From assembly GCA_037310415.1 (NCBI GenBank), contig CP147780.1, positions 1 to 64,000 on the forward strand: a DNA stretch of 64,000 nucleotides. The letters are read 5' to 3'. This document shows positions 38,385-49,366 of this stretch, piece after piece. The translations under genes were made by a program, and so were the position numbers. The notes below the pieces were generated by a model. It searched no databases. It had not been told where the DNA came from and was given only the letters and a program-made list of their open reading frames with translations. The first letter of the stretch is position 1. Every line of letters starts with the position of its first letter. This DNA is from Candidatus Atabeyarchaeum deiterrae. Lineage in GTDB: Archaea > Asgardarchaeota > Atabeyarchaeia > Atabeyarchaeales > Atabeyarchaeaceae.

Positions 38385-39014
38385 ATGAAACTATCACAGC
38401 TTGAACTCATCGAGAGATACTCCAAAAAGCAGACGAACAAGCTTGGACCTTATGCTTGGTCACACGTGAGACGAGTATACCGTATTTGTTTAAGGATGGC
38501 GAAAACTGAGAACGAGAACCGCGTGGATCTGGATGTTCTTGAAGCCGCAGCTTTATTGCATGATGTTGGCAAGTATATTGAGAAAAGTGATCCCGAGACG
38601 GATCATGGCCTTATCGGCGCCAGAATGGCAGAGGATATTTTGAAGAAATGTGGCTTCGAGATGGAGAAGATGAAATCAGTATCTCATGCCATTAGAGCTC
38701 ATACTCATGCAGTTGAGCCTAACTTAGTGGAAGCAAGGATCCTCCACGATGCCGACTATATAGACAAGGTTGGAGCTGTCGGTGTGGCAACCATTCTGAT
38801 CAAAGCATGTCTGTCAGACGCGACCATCGAGGAGGTACTAGAGACATTCAATTCTGGAGAACAGGGAGAATCTCCTGTGGCCAAACATATCGGCCAGATT
38901 AGGAAACCACATCTCTATACCAATACGGCTAGAAAGGTTGTGGCGAGAAGAAATCAGACAGTCGTAAAATTCTTCAGTCAATTGAAGAAGGAATTGGAAT
39001 TGCGCGACTTCTGA
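38385..39014 (+). CDS. HD-domain phosphohydrolase
   Basis: HVRRV, AALLHDVG, DHG, AIRAH, HDADYIDKVGAVG. Confidence 0.88.
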   Translation: MKLSQLELIERYSKKQTNKLGPYAWSHVRRVYRICLRMAKTENENRVDLDVLEAAALLHDVGKYIEKSDPETDHGLIGARMAEDILKKCGFEMEKMKSVSHAIRAHTHAVEPNLVEARILHDADYIDKVGAVGVATILIKACLSDATIEEVLETFNSGEQGESPVAKHIGQIRKPHLYTNTARKVVARRNQTVVKFFSQLKKELELRDF

Positions 39015-39085
39015 GTCTAAAAGACCGTGTCAGCGTACAAAACAAGAAACGGCGTGTTTCTCATCGTCCGCGTCCGAACTTAGTG

Positions 39086-39529
39086 CTAGCCAGCGATTTC
39101 CTTCTCGAGCTTGTCTGCTAAGTCGAACACGATGTCTTGGAAGTTGAGTTTGACTACAGGGGCGTGTATTCCTTCCAAGAAGTTGTTCAAACGTTTTATG
39201 GCATTTAACAAATCTAGATCAGTCTTAGCCATGTTTACGTTGAAGAGAACCATCGTGAGCTCTTCCCCAGCCTCCCTGATCAATAGATCTTCAAGTGAGA
39301 GTTTGATCTTCTGAGCCAAGCTTGTGTCGGTTAGAGTGAAGTTGTTTCCGTCTGTGGTTTTCTTTACCACGTCCGCCTTGAGGAGCTGGCTTAAGTGATC
39401 CTTGATCTTGGAGTAAGAGACACCTGTGAGGTCGGTTATCATCTTTGTCGAAGCGTTTTGAAAAGCCACCAGAACCTTCAGCACCTGTGTGACCTCTGGT
39501 GACTCAATTATCTTCTCAACGGAACTCAT
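39086..39529 (-). CDS. Winged-helix (ArsR-like) DNA-binding protein
   Basis: STKMITDLTGVSYSKIKDHLSQLLKADVV...FTL follows the wHTH pattern. Confidence 0.65.
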   Translation of the reverse strand: MSSVEKIIESPEVTQVLKVLVAFQNASTKMITDLTGVSYSKIKDHLSQLLKADVVKKTTDGNNFTLTDTSLAQKIKLSLEDLLIREAGEELTMVLFNVNMAKTDLDLLNAIKRLNNFLEGIHAPVVKLNFQDIVFDLADKLEKEIAG

Positions 39530-39733
39530 AATCAGCATCCCCAGATTAGTATGTCTCCAAACATCTATATGAAGCATTTTGTCGCAATGTATGTTAAAAG
39601 GATTGCTGTCATATTGCGGGATCCACGTTCCCCCAACATTTTGAGGGTGTATCGGTCTCATCGTCCTCATATGAATGAAATGGCTCTCTCGGGCGATATA
39701 TCCTAGGTAACGACTTCGCTCAAAATGAAGGAT

Positions 39734-39960
39734 TCAAGAGCTCCTTATGGAGTACTGAATTTTGGAGAAACGAATATTAGGTGCGAGTCCGGCGCGTCTC
39801 AGCATCTCTGCTACTCTCTCAGCAATCTCAATCTCGTTGCCCTGAGGGATCACGTTGAAGGTTTGGGAATTGCAGTTGCGTCGTTCCTTATCCACCCATC
39901 TGTAAAATACAGACCCATAAGGTAAGCCCGCTGCCAAGAAGAGAGAGCGCCAACATTCAT
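39734..39960 (-). pseudogene. Frameshifted LAGLIDADG endonuclease fragment
   Basis: AYLMGLYFTDG in one frame, continuing as IEIAERVAEMLRRAGLAPNI in another frame, then a premature stop. Confidence 0.55.
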
Positions 39961-40265
39961 CCAATACCTACAACGAGAACTCTTCTTCGTTGCATCAGAA
40001 ACATCATTATTAGAAGAGTTATCATTGCACAATTCTGAAAATCACCTCGACCCTAGGGGAAGGATGATTTCTCCGCATGCTGCCAGGCTACCAACCTGAG
40101 CCCACCCCGAGCGACCAGATGTTGAGCGAGCCAAAAATCTGTACGGATTGCGCGCCTGTAAACTGCCACAATTGGACTCTAAACACAGAACCTGGAGAAC
40201 AACGAATTACATTATCATTGAGGTCAGACAAAGTGCGGACAGACAGATTCTGGCAAGAAGACAGC

Positions 40266-40730
40266 TCAAATAAAAGAAATCGCTCCGTACTTGCAGTAGA
40301 TTTCACAATCGCGGCATATTGAGCTTGTAACGCTGTTTCGGCGGCACTTTGACAGATCGATTATTATGACCCTGCCGTTTTTGATCGCTAAAACTAGTTT
40401 GCTTCTGTCGTTTGGCTCCCTGCCAAATGATGTTATGGGTTCTTCGGCTTGGTTTACTGGGCAGATCTCTACGCAGACACCGCAACCAGTGCATTTGCTT
40501 TCATCTATTAGGATGCCAGTCTTGGATGCTTTCTCAAGTGGGGCCAGTAATTGCTTCAGTTCCTCCATTTGCTTATAAAAGCGAGGATCGGTCAACGGTG
40601 GGCATTCGGTATACTTCTTCTCCCCTTTTTGCAGTTTATATACGAAAGCCATACAGCTTGGCTCACCACATTTCGCGCAGTTTAGTTTTGGGAGCAATTT
40701 GTATAGTTGGAGTGGACTAACACTTGCCAT
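40266..40730 (-). CDS. Fe-S protein: N-terminal CdhE/RnfB-type FeS domain fused to FwdG-like ferredoxin
   Basis: LPKLNCAKCGEPSCMAF...ECP, CTGCGVCVEICPVN, CRDCEIYC. Confidence 0.8.
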   Translation of the reverse strand: MASVSPLQLYKLLPKLNCAKCGEPSCMAFVYKLQKGEKKYTECPPLTDPRFYKQMEELKQLLAPLEKASKTGILIDESKCTGCGVCVEICPVNQAEEPITSFGREPNDRSKLVLAIKNGRVIIIDLSKCRRNSVTSSICRDCEIYCKYGAISFI

Positions 40731-40884
40731 TGATACGAACCACACACGCTAGCTTCTTCATGTCAAATCAGATTGCGTCTAAAGACCTTTTGTCTCAATT
40801 GCTGTAATGAGAAATGTGCTCTGAACTTGAGGATCTCTGCATTTGTATTTCTCTTCGTACTGCAGAATTAACGACAGTTTTTCT

Positions 40885-41385
40885 TCAATTTAACACTTTG
40901 TCTAACACAGTTGAAAGAGAAATGAATTCGAAGACGCCATCGATTTTGTCGGCCAGCCAAACGATAAATGATAGCCATGATGACGGGGAGAAACGAAGGT
41001 TCAAAGGAAACATGTGAGAATTGATGGCTCTTACAACTTGCTCGTCCTCTCCTATGTTGCGAGCAATCAAAGCGCTTCTCAGCGGATGTTTTAGCATTTG
41101 AGTTGTGGTTGACTCTTTGGAGCCAGGGTGAAGACCGCAGTCGTGAAGTAGACCTGCCCTCGCAGCTTTTGTCCTATCCTGCCGTAGGATTCCAGCAATC
41201 GTATAGGAGAGATACGCGACCCTCAGAGAGTGGTTATACCGAGATTTTCTAATTCGAAGACTCCCATTCTTCTCTGTTGCCACGCGGCTCGATATTGAGT
41301 GCCCGCGATAGTACCTCAAGCGTGTGACTTCTTTCACTGACAGGAGGTCGTGTATGCTGCGAATAAAGTCCTCAAGCATTGCCAC
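40885..41385 (-). CDS. HD-domain protein
   Basis: HSLRVA, AGLLHD, HP, SHMFPL, LADK. Confidence 0.8.
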   Translation of the reverse strand: MAMLEDFIRSIHDLLSVKEVTRLRYYRGHSISSRVATEKNGSLRIRKSRYNHSLRVAYLSYTIAGILRQDRTKAARAGLLHDCGLHPGSKESTTTQMLKHPLRSALIARNIGEDEQVVRAINSHMFPLNLRFSPSSWLSFIVWLADKIDGVFEFISLSTVLDKVLN

Positions 41386-41481
41386 TGAGCAACTCTTTAG
41401 AAGGGATAATTATGGGAAAGCAGAGATTCGGTGCTGACCGTAATACGGTATTTCGAGCATATCTTGCTTTTATCGTTCTGA

Positions 41482-41949
41482 CTACTTGACATTGACTTCT
41501 ACGGGTATTCCTTTTCTGACTGCTTCAGTTACGATACAGTAGTCTTGGAATATCCCGAGACATCTCTCAATTCGCTTTACATCTTCAGAGGATTTGAGTT
41601 CAGGATGGAGGTCAACTTTGACTTGTTTGACTCTGAGGTAGCCTTTCTCGTTTCTAGCTATCTTCACTTCGACATCGCTATTCAGGCTCTTCAATTCGAG
41701 TTTACTCTTTTTCAAACAGAAGGCGAGGCTTGCACTTAGGCAGTTCCCTATTGCGGCTCCGAGTAGTCTGGAGGCGTTGGGTCCCTCCCCGCTTCCACCT
41801 GCTTGAGGAGGTTCATCAGCCTTCAATGATGGAACGGTAGGGATGTCGAAGCTGACAAGAAATGCTAAGTCGTTTTGCCATTCTAGCTTGATTCTGGCGG
41901 TACTCTCCTGCACTTTTCCTTCCTTCTTATCTTGCTGTCCTTCACTCAA
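41482..41949 (-). CDS. OsmC-family protein
   Basis: DEPPQAGGSGEGPN, AIGNCLS, YCIVT (two Cys). Confidence 0.88.
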   Translation of the reverse strand: MSEGQQDKKEGKVQESTARIKLEWQNDLAFLVSFDIPTVPSLKADEPPQAGGSGEGPNASRLLGAAIGNCLSASLAFCLKKSKLELKSLNSDVEVKIARNEKGYLRVKQVKVDLHPELKSSEDVKRIERCLGIFQDYCIVTEAVRKGIPVEVNVK

Positions 41950-42195
41950 AAGTTTCTCACCTTAAGTCTCTCCAACTTCGTTCAAGTATAGTTGTTTGTA
42001 TCTTAATAATAATCGCCTTCTTGTGTCTTTACATGTTTTCAGCGGACGGCAATAACACGGTTTCGCAGGAACTTTAACGTGAGAGTGAATTCGACAATGT
42101 TTTTATACTAGGAGATAAAGTAGGATAAACAATTCCACTTGCTTGAAAGCCGTGTCACGGCGGAGTGTTTCTTCGGCAAAAGGTGGTAACTAGAG

Positions 42196-44499
42196 ATGGA
42201 TTTCAGTCCGATGGAAAGCATCTTCCTGTGGTTAATAATAGCAATAGCGTCGGCCGGTTTGGTCTACGCGGTTGTTCTCTCACGTCAGACCATTAGACAC
42301 CCTACCGGTACAAAGGAAATGAATAAGATCTCTAGAGCCATCAGGATCGGGGCGAACTCCTACCTGAAAAAACAGCTCATGTCAATATTAGCTGTTCTTG
42401 TTCTATTAGCTATCGTGCTTTTCGTGACGGCGGCACCGCCTGGCGGCTATCCAGCAGATTATCCTTCCGTCGCTTTGGGTCGCACGCTGGCGTTTCTGAT
42501 GGGTGCTGCGTTCTCTGCCTCCGTGGGATTCATTGGTATGAACATAGCAACTCGCGCAAACGTAAGAGTTGCGGCTGCTGCAAACACAAGCTTCGGAGAC
42601 GCGCTCAAAATAGCGTATAGGGGAGGGACTGTAACTGGCATGCTGACTGATGGGCTGGGGTTGCTTGGCGGCGCACTTGTGTTCATGTTCTACCGCGAAT
42701 GGGCTTATCAGGCTCTGCTGGGATTCGGATTCGGCGGCACACTTATCGCGCTATTCTACCGAGTCGGAGGAGGGATATACACCAAAGCAGCAGATGTGGG
42801 TGCTGACCTCGTCGGCAAAGTTGAGAAGGGAATTCCTGAAGATGATCCGAGAAATGCAGCGGTAATAGCGGACCTAGTCGGAGACAACGTTGGAGACTGC
42901 GCGGGGATGGCTGCAGATATATTTGAATCCTATGAAGTGACGGAGGTCGCAGCCATGATATTGGGTATCTTGGCATTTCCACCCAGTATCTACGGGTTCA
43001 AAGCCGTCTTGTTCCCGCTTATGGTTCGTTCCATCGGTGTCCTGAGTTCGATCATCGGAACTTATGCCGTTAGAGCGCGCGGAGAAAAGGAAAGTGCGAT
43101 GAGGGCAATATTCCGTGGATACACTCTCGCCGCAGTCATCTCGATAGCGGGGTTCATCATTCTCAGCTTCCTCTATATGCAGGGACTCACTGATGAAAAT
43201 GGTCTACCTGTTGCGTGGTGGAAGTTCCCAATTGCTATCGGAGCTGGAATCGTTCTCGCAGTTTCGACCAACCGCTTGACGGAACATTTCACGGGAACGG
43301 AACGGGCACCTGTCAAAGGAATGGCAAAATCTTGCCAGACCGGAGCTGCTACCAACATTCTCGCCGGCATTGCCGTAGGATACGAGTCGAGCGTTTGGGC
43401 AATTCTAACCATAGGGGTAGCAATACTTGTTTCCGTGGTAATCTTTGGTTCGCTCGGAACAATTGCGTTCTATGGAGTTGCGCTTTGTGGGATCGGGCAG
43501 CTAACACTTACAGGAAATAACGTTGCCATGGATAGTTTCGGACCGATTTCAGATAACGCAAATGGAATAGCTGAGATGGCTAAAGCAGAGCCATTGAGTG
43601 ACAAAGGCAGAAAGGTACTAGCTGACTTGGATGCCGTCGGCAATACCACTAAAGCAGTAACAAAAGCCATAGCAATAGGTTCAGCGGTAATTGCAGCAGT
43701 ATCACTCTTCAAATCGTACACGACCGATGTTCCTCATGAGGTAGGCATGCCAGCATTTACCTTGGATCTCGCAGTGCCTTTGGTCTTCATTGGCTTACTC
43801 GTTGGAGGAGCAATACCGTTCTTGTTCAGTTCCATTGCAGTTAGAGCAGTCGGTAGAGCTGCGTCCAAAATGGTTGGAGAGGTTAGAAGACAGTTCTCAG
43901 AGATCAAAGGACTTTGGGAAGGGAAGGCCGAACCTGACTACGCTAGGTGCGTTGGCATTTCAACCAGGGCTGCCCAGAAGGAGTTGATTGTTCTAGGAGT
44001 GTTGGCGATAGTTTCACCGCTACTTGTCGGACTTCTTCTTAGTGGCGTAGCCTTGGGTGGATTCCTTGCAGGTGCTATCCTAGCCAGCCAGTTGTTAGCT
44101 GTGTTTATGTCTACGGCTGGTGGAGCGTGGGACAACGCAAAAAAGAGCATAGAAGACGGTCTACTCGGAGGAAAGGGTTCGGAGGCGCATACGGCTTCAG
44201 TTATTGGGGACACAGTAGGAGACCCCCTCAAAGACACTGCAGGACCAGCATTGAATCCGATGATGAAAGTGATAAACTTGATCTCGATAATCATGGGATC
44301 CTTGATACTTCAGAATTCCTTGATAACCAGCAATCTTACATTCAACCCATCAATCTGGATAGTCATCGTTGTGGTGCTGTTGACCGTGGCGGTTGCGGCG
44401 GTGCTCTGGTACAGCAAGAGGGAAACTGAGGTCATTGGAGAGAAAAAGGAAGAAGTGAATATGAAGCCCAAGCAACAGAAGCCTCGTGCCAAGAAGTGA
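42196..44499 (+). CDS. hppA: Membrane-integral pyrophosphatase, K+-independent H+-translocating type
   Basis: GGGIYTKAADVGADLVGKVE, EDDPRN, GDNVGD, GNTTKA (Lys at the K+-determinant position), WDNAKK, GDTVGDPLKDTAGP. Confidence 0.95.
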   Translation: MDFSPMESIFLWLIIAIASAGLVYAVVLSRQTIRHPTGTKEMNKISRAIRIGANSYLKKQLMSILAVLVLLAIVLFVTAAPPGGYPADYPSVALGRTLAFLMGAAFSASVGFIGMNIATRANVRVAAAANTSFGDALKIAYRGGTVTGMLTDGLGLLGGALVFMFYREWAYQALLGFGFGGTLIALFYRVGGGIYTKAADVGADLVGKVEKGIPEDDPRNAAVIADLVGDNVGDCAGMAADIFESYEVTEVAAMILGILAFPPSIYGFKAVLFPLMVRSIGVLSSIIGTYAVRARGEKESAMRAIFRGYTLAAVISIAGFIILSFLYMQGLTDENGLPVAWWKFPIAIGAGIVLAVSTNRLTEHFTGTERAPVKGMAKSCQTGAATNILAGIAVGYESSVWAILTIGVAILVSVVIFGSLGTIAFYGVALCGIGQLTLTGNNVAMDSFGPISDNANGIAEMAKAEPLSDKGRKVLADLDAVGNTTKAVTKAIAIGSAVIAAVSLFKSYTTDVPHEVGMPAFTLDLAVPLVFIGLLVGGAIPFLFSSIAVRAVGRAASKMVGEVRRQFSEIKGLWEGKAEPDYARCVGISTRAAQKELIVLGVLAIVSPLLVGLLLSGVALGGFLAGAILASQLLAVFMSTAGGAWDNAKKSIEDGLLGGKGSEAHTASVIGDTVGDPLKDTAGPALNPMMKVINLISIIMGSLILQNSLITSNLTFNPSIWIVIVVVLLTVAVAAVLWYSKRETEVIGEKKEEVNMKPKQQKPRAKK

Positions 44500-44689
44500 G
44501 TTAAGACTTACCTCTACTCTATTTTTCTGACTTGACCCACTCACTCTGTTGCAGTCGCCCAAGACCGCTCATGCAATGCAGAATGAAGATTCAGAACTTC
44601 AGGCCTGCGGCTTCACGACTTGGTCACTATTTTGCTTAAACTACTAATCATCAATAAAAATAAGGAAGTTAAAGAGCGGATGACTTAGC

Positions 44690-47164
44690 CTACGCTCTTC
44701 TCCGTCTATCAATAAAGAAGGACACTGCCAGTGCCAGCACCATAGCCACGAATACCACAATGATTATGGTGGGAACGTTCGAGGGTTGCAATGTCGGAGG
44801 CGGAGGCGAAGCAGCGCCGGCAACGTAGGTATAGGTGGAGTTTGTAGATATTCGACCCTTTGAGTCGGTTGCACTAACATGTATGTTCAGGAGTGTGTTG
44901 AAATTCAGAACCGGTGCCTGATAGATCGCCCTATAGGATTTCGTGGTTGAGTTCCAAGTCGCCACTATCTGGGTGACTTGTCCAGTGGTGCCGACCTCAA
45001 TGGTGACCTTGACTGTTCCGTTGAACAGAAATGTCGGCTGACCAACGTAGGAGAGATTTCCAATTATCGTTAGATTCTGGTTTGGCGCTAGGATCGTTGA
45101 TGGAGTTAGACTTAGCGTTGGTGCATTGAGTTCATAATCTTCCACGGTAACGACTCCTGTCCACCTTGTTGCGACGTATCCGCTTGGATCAAGCGAGGTA
45201 ACTTGGATTCCGTACACTCCTTCGCCTGTAACTGAGAGCTGGTATACGTAGCTAGACCCGTTCCAAGGAAATGCTGTATTGATAATGACCGAGCCACTCG
45301 TATTGGTTACAGTCACATTGACTCCCGTCAGACCTTCCAGATCGATGAGTGACGATGAATTCACAATTTCGATTGTTGCAGTCGGCGTGGTATCCGAAAG
45401 ATGCCCAGTGATGCTTGCTGAGGCTGTGGCAGTGAAGTTGTTAAAGAGGAGTAGCGTGCAGTTTATTGTTTGGCCGCTCGCCAATGTATACTGCGGGAGA
45501 AATGAAAAACCATCTCTATACAACTTCATGAGCTTAGTCGCAGGGTTGTATAACCAACTAGTTCTGGAAAGTCTGCTGTCATTCAGGTAAATGTTATCAG
45601 TTAGACTGAATATCGGTGCAAGGGTGACTGAAGATTCGGATAGAGATACGTTTTTGACGTCTGAGTGAGTGTATATGAATTGTAGTCTCAATGAGCCTGG
45701 ACCCGCAAACGAAAGTCCCGTAGTAATATTATATAGCTGGACCCACGCCACCACACTCAAGCTACCGTCTCTCGGAAAATTCGTACTATTGACAAGCTTG
45801 AGGTTGAAATTGATTGTCCACGGCGACGAATTCAGAACGCCTGGTCTTTGTAGGTCTCTTGTGCCAAGCGATGTATACATGTCAGCGAAATTACCGGAGA
45901 CAGCTGAAGGCGTCGTGTTTACAATATTTCTCATCTTCATGTCGTTTACTTTTATTTTGTATCCAGTAGAAAACAGGTTGCCGGTCCCAAACGTGTAGTA
46001 CCAGACCTTGTACGTGAAGTTGAGTGACGGTATCGGGTACTCACTTGTGAAGCGTATTTGGGGATTAGGGGTGCTTGCCCATATCGACTGGTTCCACATG
46101 AGATTGTCGCCAACTGGAATGTTGTTAATCGCGAGATTTATCCCCGAGGGATATGGGGAGTCAGGGATTGGGCGAACGTTTAACTTAAACCCGCCGAAGT
46201 AGTAGGTCGACCCAGTAATGTTGACAGTATTCTCCCAGTTAACGCCTCTGTTGTATGTCAACCAGCCGAACGAGGTGTTTGATGGTCTATTGGAAAGTGC
46301 AGTGCTGGTAAGATATCCGCCTCCAGAAGAGGCCCAACCCTGCGTGTGAAGTACGATGAAGTAGGAACCTGGTTGAAGGTTCACATTGGGGATTGAAAAC
46401 GTTGTGGCCGTACGCCCAGTGTTTATCATTGTGCTTGGAAATGTTACAGATTTTATCAGGCTTCCGACTTTGTTGTCAGATGTTGAACTTCTAACCTCAA
46501 TGGTAATATTAGTACCAGTCCCCAGAAATCTCTGCAATTCTACTAGAACTGTGAGGTTCTTGGCTTGATTGGCTATCAAGAAAGACTGAGCTACACCCAT
46601 GTTGCCGTCTATCGGAGGGTATGTTGAGTTGGTTGATGCTCTCGCAGTAACCCAACCTATGGATTCACCTATTCTGAAACCTGTGACCGTGAACTGAGCT
46701 TGATAGATCGTTGAGTTGGCGGGAACATGTGTTCCAAGGTTATACTGGTCATAGTATCTGGGCACGTCCGTTCCCTGTTGAATAGTGGTAACGTGCCATT
46801 GCACGTTGGTAGTGTTCGTGAAAACTGCTTTCGCTATTGTTCCGTTGAAAAATGTTAGCCCAAGCGCTGAGGCGTTCCAGTTGGTTGGCAAAGACAGGGA
46901 GAAGTTGCCTCCCAAAGATGGAATATACCAATTGTTCACGTTGTATAAGTGGTATCCATATAGGTAGACGTCAGGATCAAATAAGCTGGTATTGCTGGGA
47001 CCACTATTAGCTGAAGGTTTGGCGGAAGCTAATGACATGGCAGGTTGCATTTGTGCGTCAATTAGCAGTCCAACCATCAGTGATGTGATAAGTACGAGTG
47101 CCAGAAGATCATTCCGTCTGCTTTTTCCACGCGAGGGGTAGGTTCTATGCTTCATCACTGCCAT
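44690..47164 (-). CDS. Large surface glycoprotein with beta-sandwich domains and C-terminal membrane anchor
   Basis: N-terminal hydrophobic segment, Thr/Ser/Asn-rich body with many NxS/T sequons, PPPP linker, C-terminal TM followed by RRRR. Confidence 0.75.
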   Translation of the reverse strand: MAVMKHRTYPSRGKSRRNDLLALVLITSLMVGLLIDAQMQPAMSLASAKPSANSGPSNTSLFDPDVYLYGYHLYNVNNWYIPSLGGNFSLSLPTNWNASALGLTFFNGTIAKAVFTNTTNVQWHVTTIQQGTDVPRYYDQYNLGTHVPANSTIYQAQFTVTGFRIGESIGWVTARASTNSTYPPIDGNMGVAQSFLIANQAKNLTVLVELQRFLGTGTNITIEVRSSTSDNKVGSLIKSVTFPSTMINTGRTATTFSIPNVNLQPGSYFIVLHTQGWASSGGGYLTSTALSNRPSNTSFGWLTYNRGVNWENTVNITGSTYYFGGFKLNVRPIPDSPYPSGINLAINNIPVGDNLMWNQSIWASTPNPQIRFTSEYPIPSLNFTYKVWYYTFGTGNLFSTGYKIKVNDMKMRNIVNTTPSAVSGNFADMYTSLGTRDLQRPGVLNSSPWTINFNLKLVNSTNFPRDGSLSVVAWVQLYNITTGLSFAGPGSLRLQFIYTHSDVKNVSLSESSVTLAPIFSLTDNIYLNDSRLSRTSWLYNPATKLMKLYRDGFSFLPQYTLASGQTINCTLLLFNNFTATASASITGHLSDTTPTATIEIVNSSSLIDLEGLTGVNVTVTNTSGSVIINTAFPWNGSSYVYQLSVTGEGVYGIQVTSLDPSGYVATRWTGVVTVEDYELNAPTLSLTPSTILAPNQNLTIIGNLSYVGQPTFLFNGTVKVTIEVGTTGQVTQIVATWNSTTKSYRAIYQAPVLNFNTLLNIHVSATDSKGRISTNSTYTYVAGAASPPPPTLQPSNVPTIIIVVFVAMVLALAVSFFIDRRRRA

Positions 47165-47328
47165 TTCAACTCATCACCACAGTCGAACTGATGAAAAGGT
47201 TGATTCTTCCTTAGTAAGCTTTCTCACTAGCGTTTGTGGATCTGCATTATGTTAGCTATGGAAATCATGGTTCTCCTAAAAATGCCTTTTGGTTGACTTA
47301 TATACTATACGCTATGAATTGGGCCTGA

Positions 47329-48870
47329 TTATGAGACTATTGATGACAGATCTCTGAAGATGTTCTCTTTGGAGAGTGCTTTGTAGGTTTTCTCATAGAT
47401 ATTGAAAAGCTTCGAGTACAGTTTGGAGTTATCTTGATTCGGAGTGTATCTCGCTGTCACTGAAACCATTTCATTTGCTGCTTCAACAACTCCTTTGTAG
47501 ACTCCTGCGCCGACGCCAGCTAGTATTGCTGCCCCTAGTGAGGTTGCTTCTTCGACGGATCCTGTTAGCACTGGCAGACCAGTTACATCAGATTGTATCT
47601 GATTCCAAGTGGGGCTTCTGGTGGCGCCACCTGTCACTCTGAGTTCATGGAGGTCGGTTCCCATCTCCCTCATTACTTCGATATTTTCTTTTATTTCGAA
47701 TCCTGTGCCTTCCATTATGGCTCTAACCAGACAACCTCTCTCATGACCGAGAGTGAACCCTATTATGACTCCTCTGTCAAACGGATTCCAGTGTGGCGCA
47801 CCAGATCCCATGCAATGAGGAATGAGTAATATGCCCCTTGAACCCACGGGGATCTTAGCCGCTTCATCATTAAGCAATTCATAAGGATCTTTTCCAGATC
47901 GCTCAGCCTCCATCTTCTCAGCCTTCGAGAACTGGTCTCTGAACCATCTGTAGACAGCCCCAGTTGTGAATATGCTTGCCTCATTCACCCATTTCCCAGG
48001 AATAGCGTGACAACTGCATAGTACTCTTCTCTTCTCGTCGTATTTCGGTTCATCGAGGAAAGCGAGTATGAAGGTTCCAGTTCCTGTTGTCGCGTTCACA
48101 CGTCCTGCTTCTGTTGCGCCCACGCCTAGCGCTGCCGCTTGCTGGTCTCCCGCCCCTGTAATGATTGGCGTCTCCTTTGCGAAGCCAGTTTCCTCTGAGG
48201 ATTTGGATGACACTTCACCGATTCTCATCCCTGATGGCCGTAGTGTTGGCATCTTTTCATTTGGAATCTGAAGTTCCTGACATATTTCGTCTGACCATTT
48301 TGTTTTCCTTATGTCGAATAGCATCGTCCGTGAGGCGTTACTGTACTCAGTCACGAACTCTCCGCTCAACTTCATTATCACATAGTCATGTACCAAGAGG
48401 AATTTGTATGTCTTGGAGAAGATCTCTTGCTCATTTTTCTTTATCCAGAGGATTTTCGGAGCTGAGAAATAGGGGTCAATTGTCAGACCCGTTGTGGCGT
48501 AGATCTTCTGGGCACCTATGTTTGTGGCAATCTTGTTGCATTCTTCCGTGGTTCGTCGGTCCTGCCATACTATTGCTTTTCTCAATGGTTCTCCTTGGGA
48601 ACTAACGGGGACAATGGTTTCTCTCTGATTAGTAACGCTGATTCCTCGGATATCATCAGGGTGAACCTTTGATTTTTTGATAGCGGTCTTTGCAGTACTA
48701 CAGACCGCTCTCCACCATTCTAGCGCATCCTGTTCTACCCACGAGGGAGATGGAAAGTGGGTTGGATACTCTTGGTACGATTTGGAGACAATTTTCCCGT
48801 TAGTATCGAATATGATTGTTCTACATCCCGTCGTTCCAACATCAATGGCAACGAGAAGTTCATTCTTCAA
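47329..48870 (-). CDS. FGGY-family carbohydrate kinase (xylulokinase/glycerol kinase-like)
   Basis: AIDVGTTG, EQD, TNQRE, WQDRR, ASRT, GDQQAAALG, TGTG, TGG. Confidence 0.92.
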   Translation of the reverse strand: MKNELLVAIDVGTTGCRTIIFDTNGKIVSKSYQEYPTHFPSPSWVEQDALEWWRAVCSTAKTAIKKSKVHPDDIRGISVTNQRETIVPVSSQGEPLRKAIVWQDRRTTEECNKIATNIGAQKIYATTGLTIDPYFSAPKILWIKKNEQEIFSKTYKFLLVHDYVIMKLSGEFVTEYSNASRTMLFDIRKTKWSDEICQELQIPNEKMPTLRPSGMRIGEVSSKSSEETGFAKETPIITGAGDQQAAALGVGATEAGRVNATTGTGTFILAFLDEPKYDEKRRVLCSCHAIPGKWVNEASIFTTGAVYRWFRDQFSKAEKMEAERSGKDPYELLNDEAAKIPVGSRGILLIPHCMGSGAPHWNPFDRGVIIGFTLGHERGCLVRAIMEGTGFEIKENIEVMREMGTDLHELRVTGGATRSPTWNQIQSDVTGLPVLTGSVEEATSLGAAILAGVGAGVYKGVVEAANEMVSVTARYTPNQDNSKLYSKLFNIYEKTYKALSKENIFRDLSSIVS

Positions 48871-49172
48871 TGGTTGATCTCTCTCCTTGACATAGCTAAC
48901 AATCATTCTGACATATGATTTATGGAAATTTGAGGACAATGCAACGGCAACGATACTACATTTCGGTTCTTAGAACTATTTCTCACTACAGTAATATAAG
49001 GAGAGGAGAAAATCCGTTCTTCCCATAACTCGCAACATAACGATGCTGAGAAAAGAACACCATTGATCAAGATTGCGAGGATTGCAACCAAAAAAAAGTG
49101 AGCAATTGAATTCTGGCTCTATTTTAAATATGTCACTCATCGATCATTACGTTTTAGGAGGATGAATAGAAG

Positions 49173-49307
49173 ATGGTTTGTAGTAGCTTAGATCAAAAGA
49201 ACAAGAAATGCAAAGAAACAGGAATGAAGATATATGAAGGAATGGACGTTCCATGCGAAGTTGTTAGCTCGCCATCCAAGTGTAAGGTAGTCGCAATTAG
49301 AAAATAA
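49173..49307 (+). CDS. 44-aa Cys-rich microprotein
   Basis: MVCSSLDQKNKKCKETGMKIYEGMDVPCEVVSSPSKCKVVAIRK. AGGAGG SD upstream and TTTAAATA at about 49122. Confidence 0.6.
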   Translation: MVCSSLDQKNKKCKETGMKIYEGMDVPCEVVSSPSKCKVVAIRK

Positions 49308-49366
49308 ACAACTAAGGGAAGCTTAAGCCCAGTGGGTCGAAAACCACAACTGTCAATTCGTTTCCT

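Noticed and set aside
40056-40103. Possible C/D sRNA (ATGATT...CTGA)
   Set aside because: Poor C box, no internal D'/C' pair, and no convincing rRNA complement.
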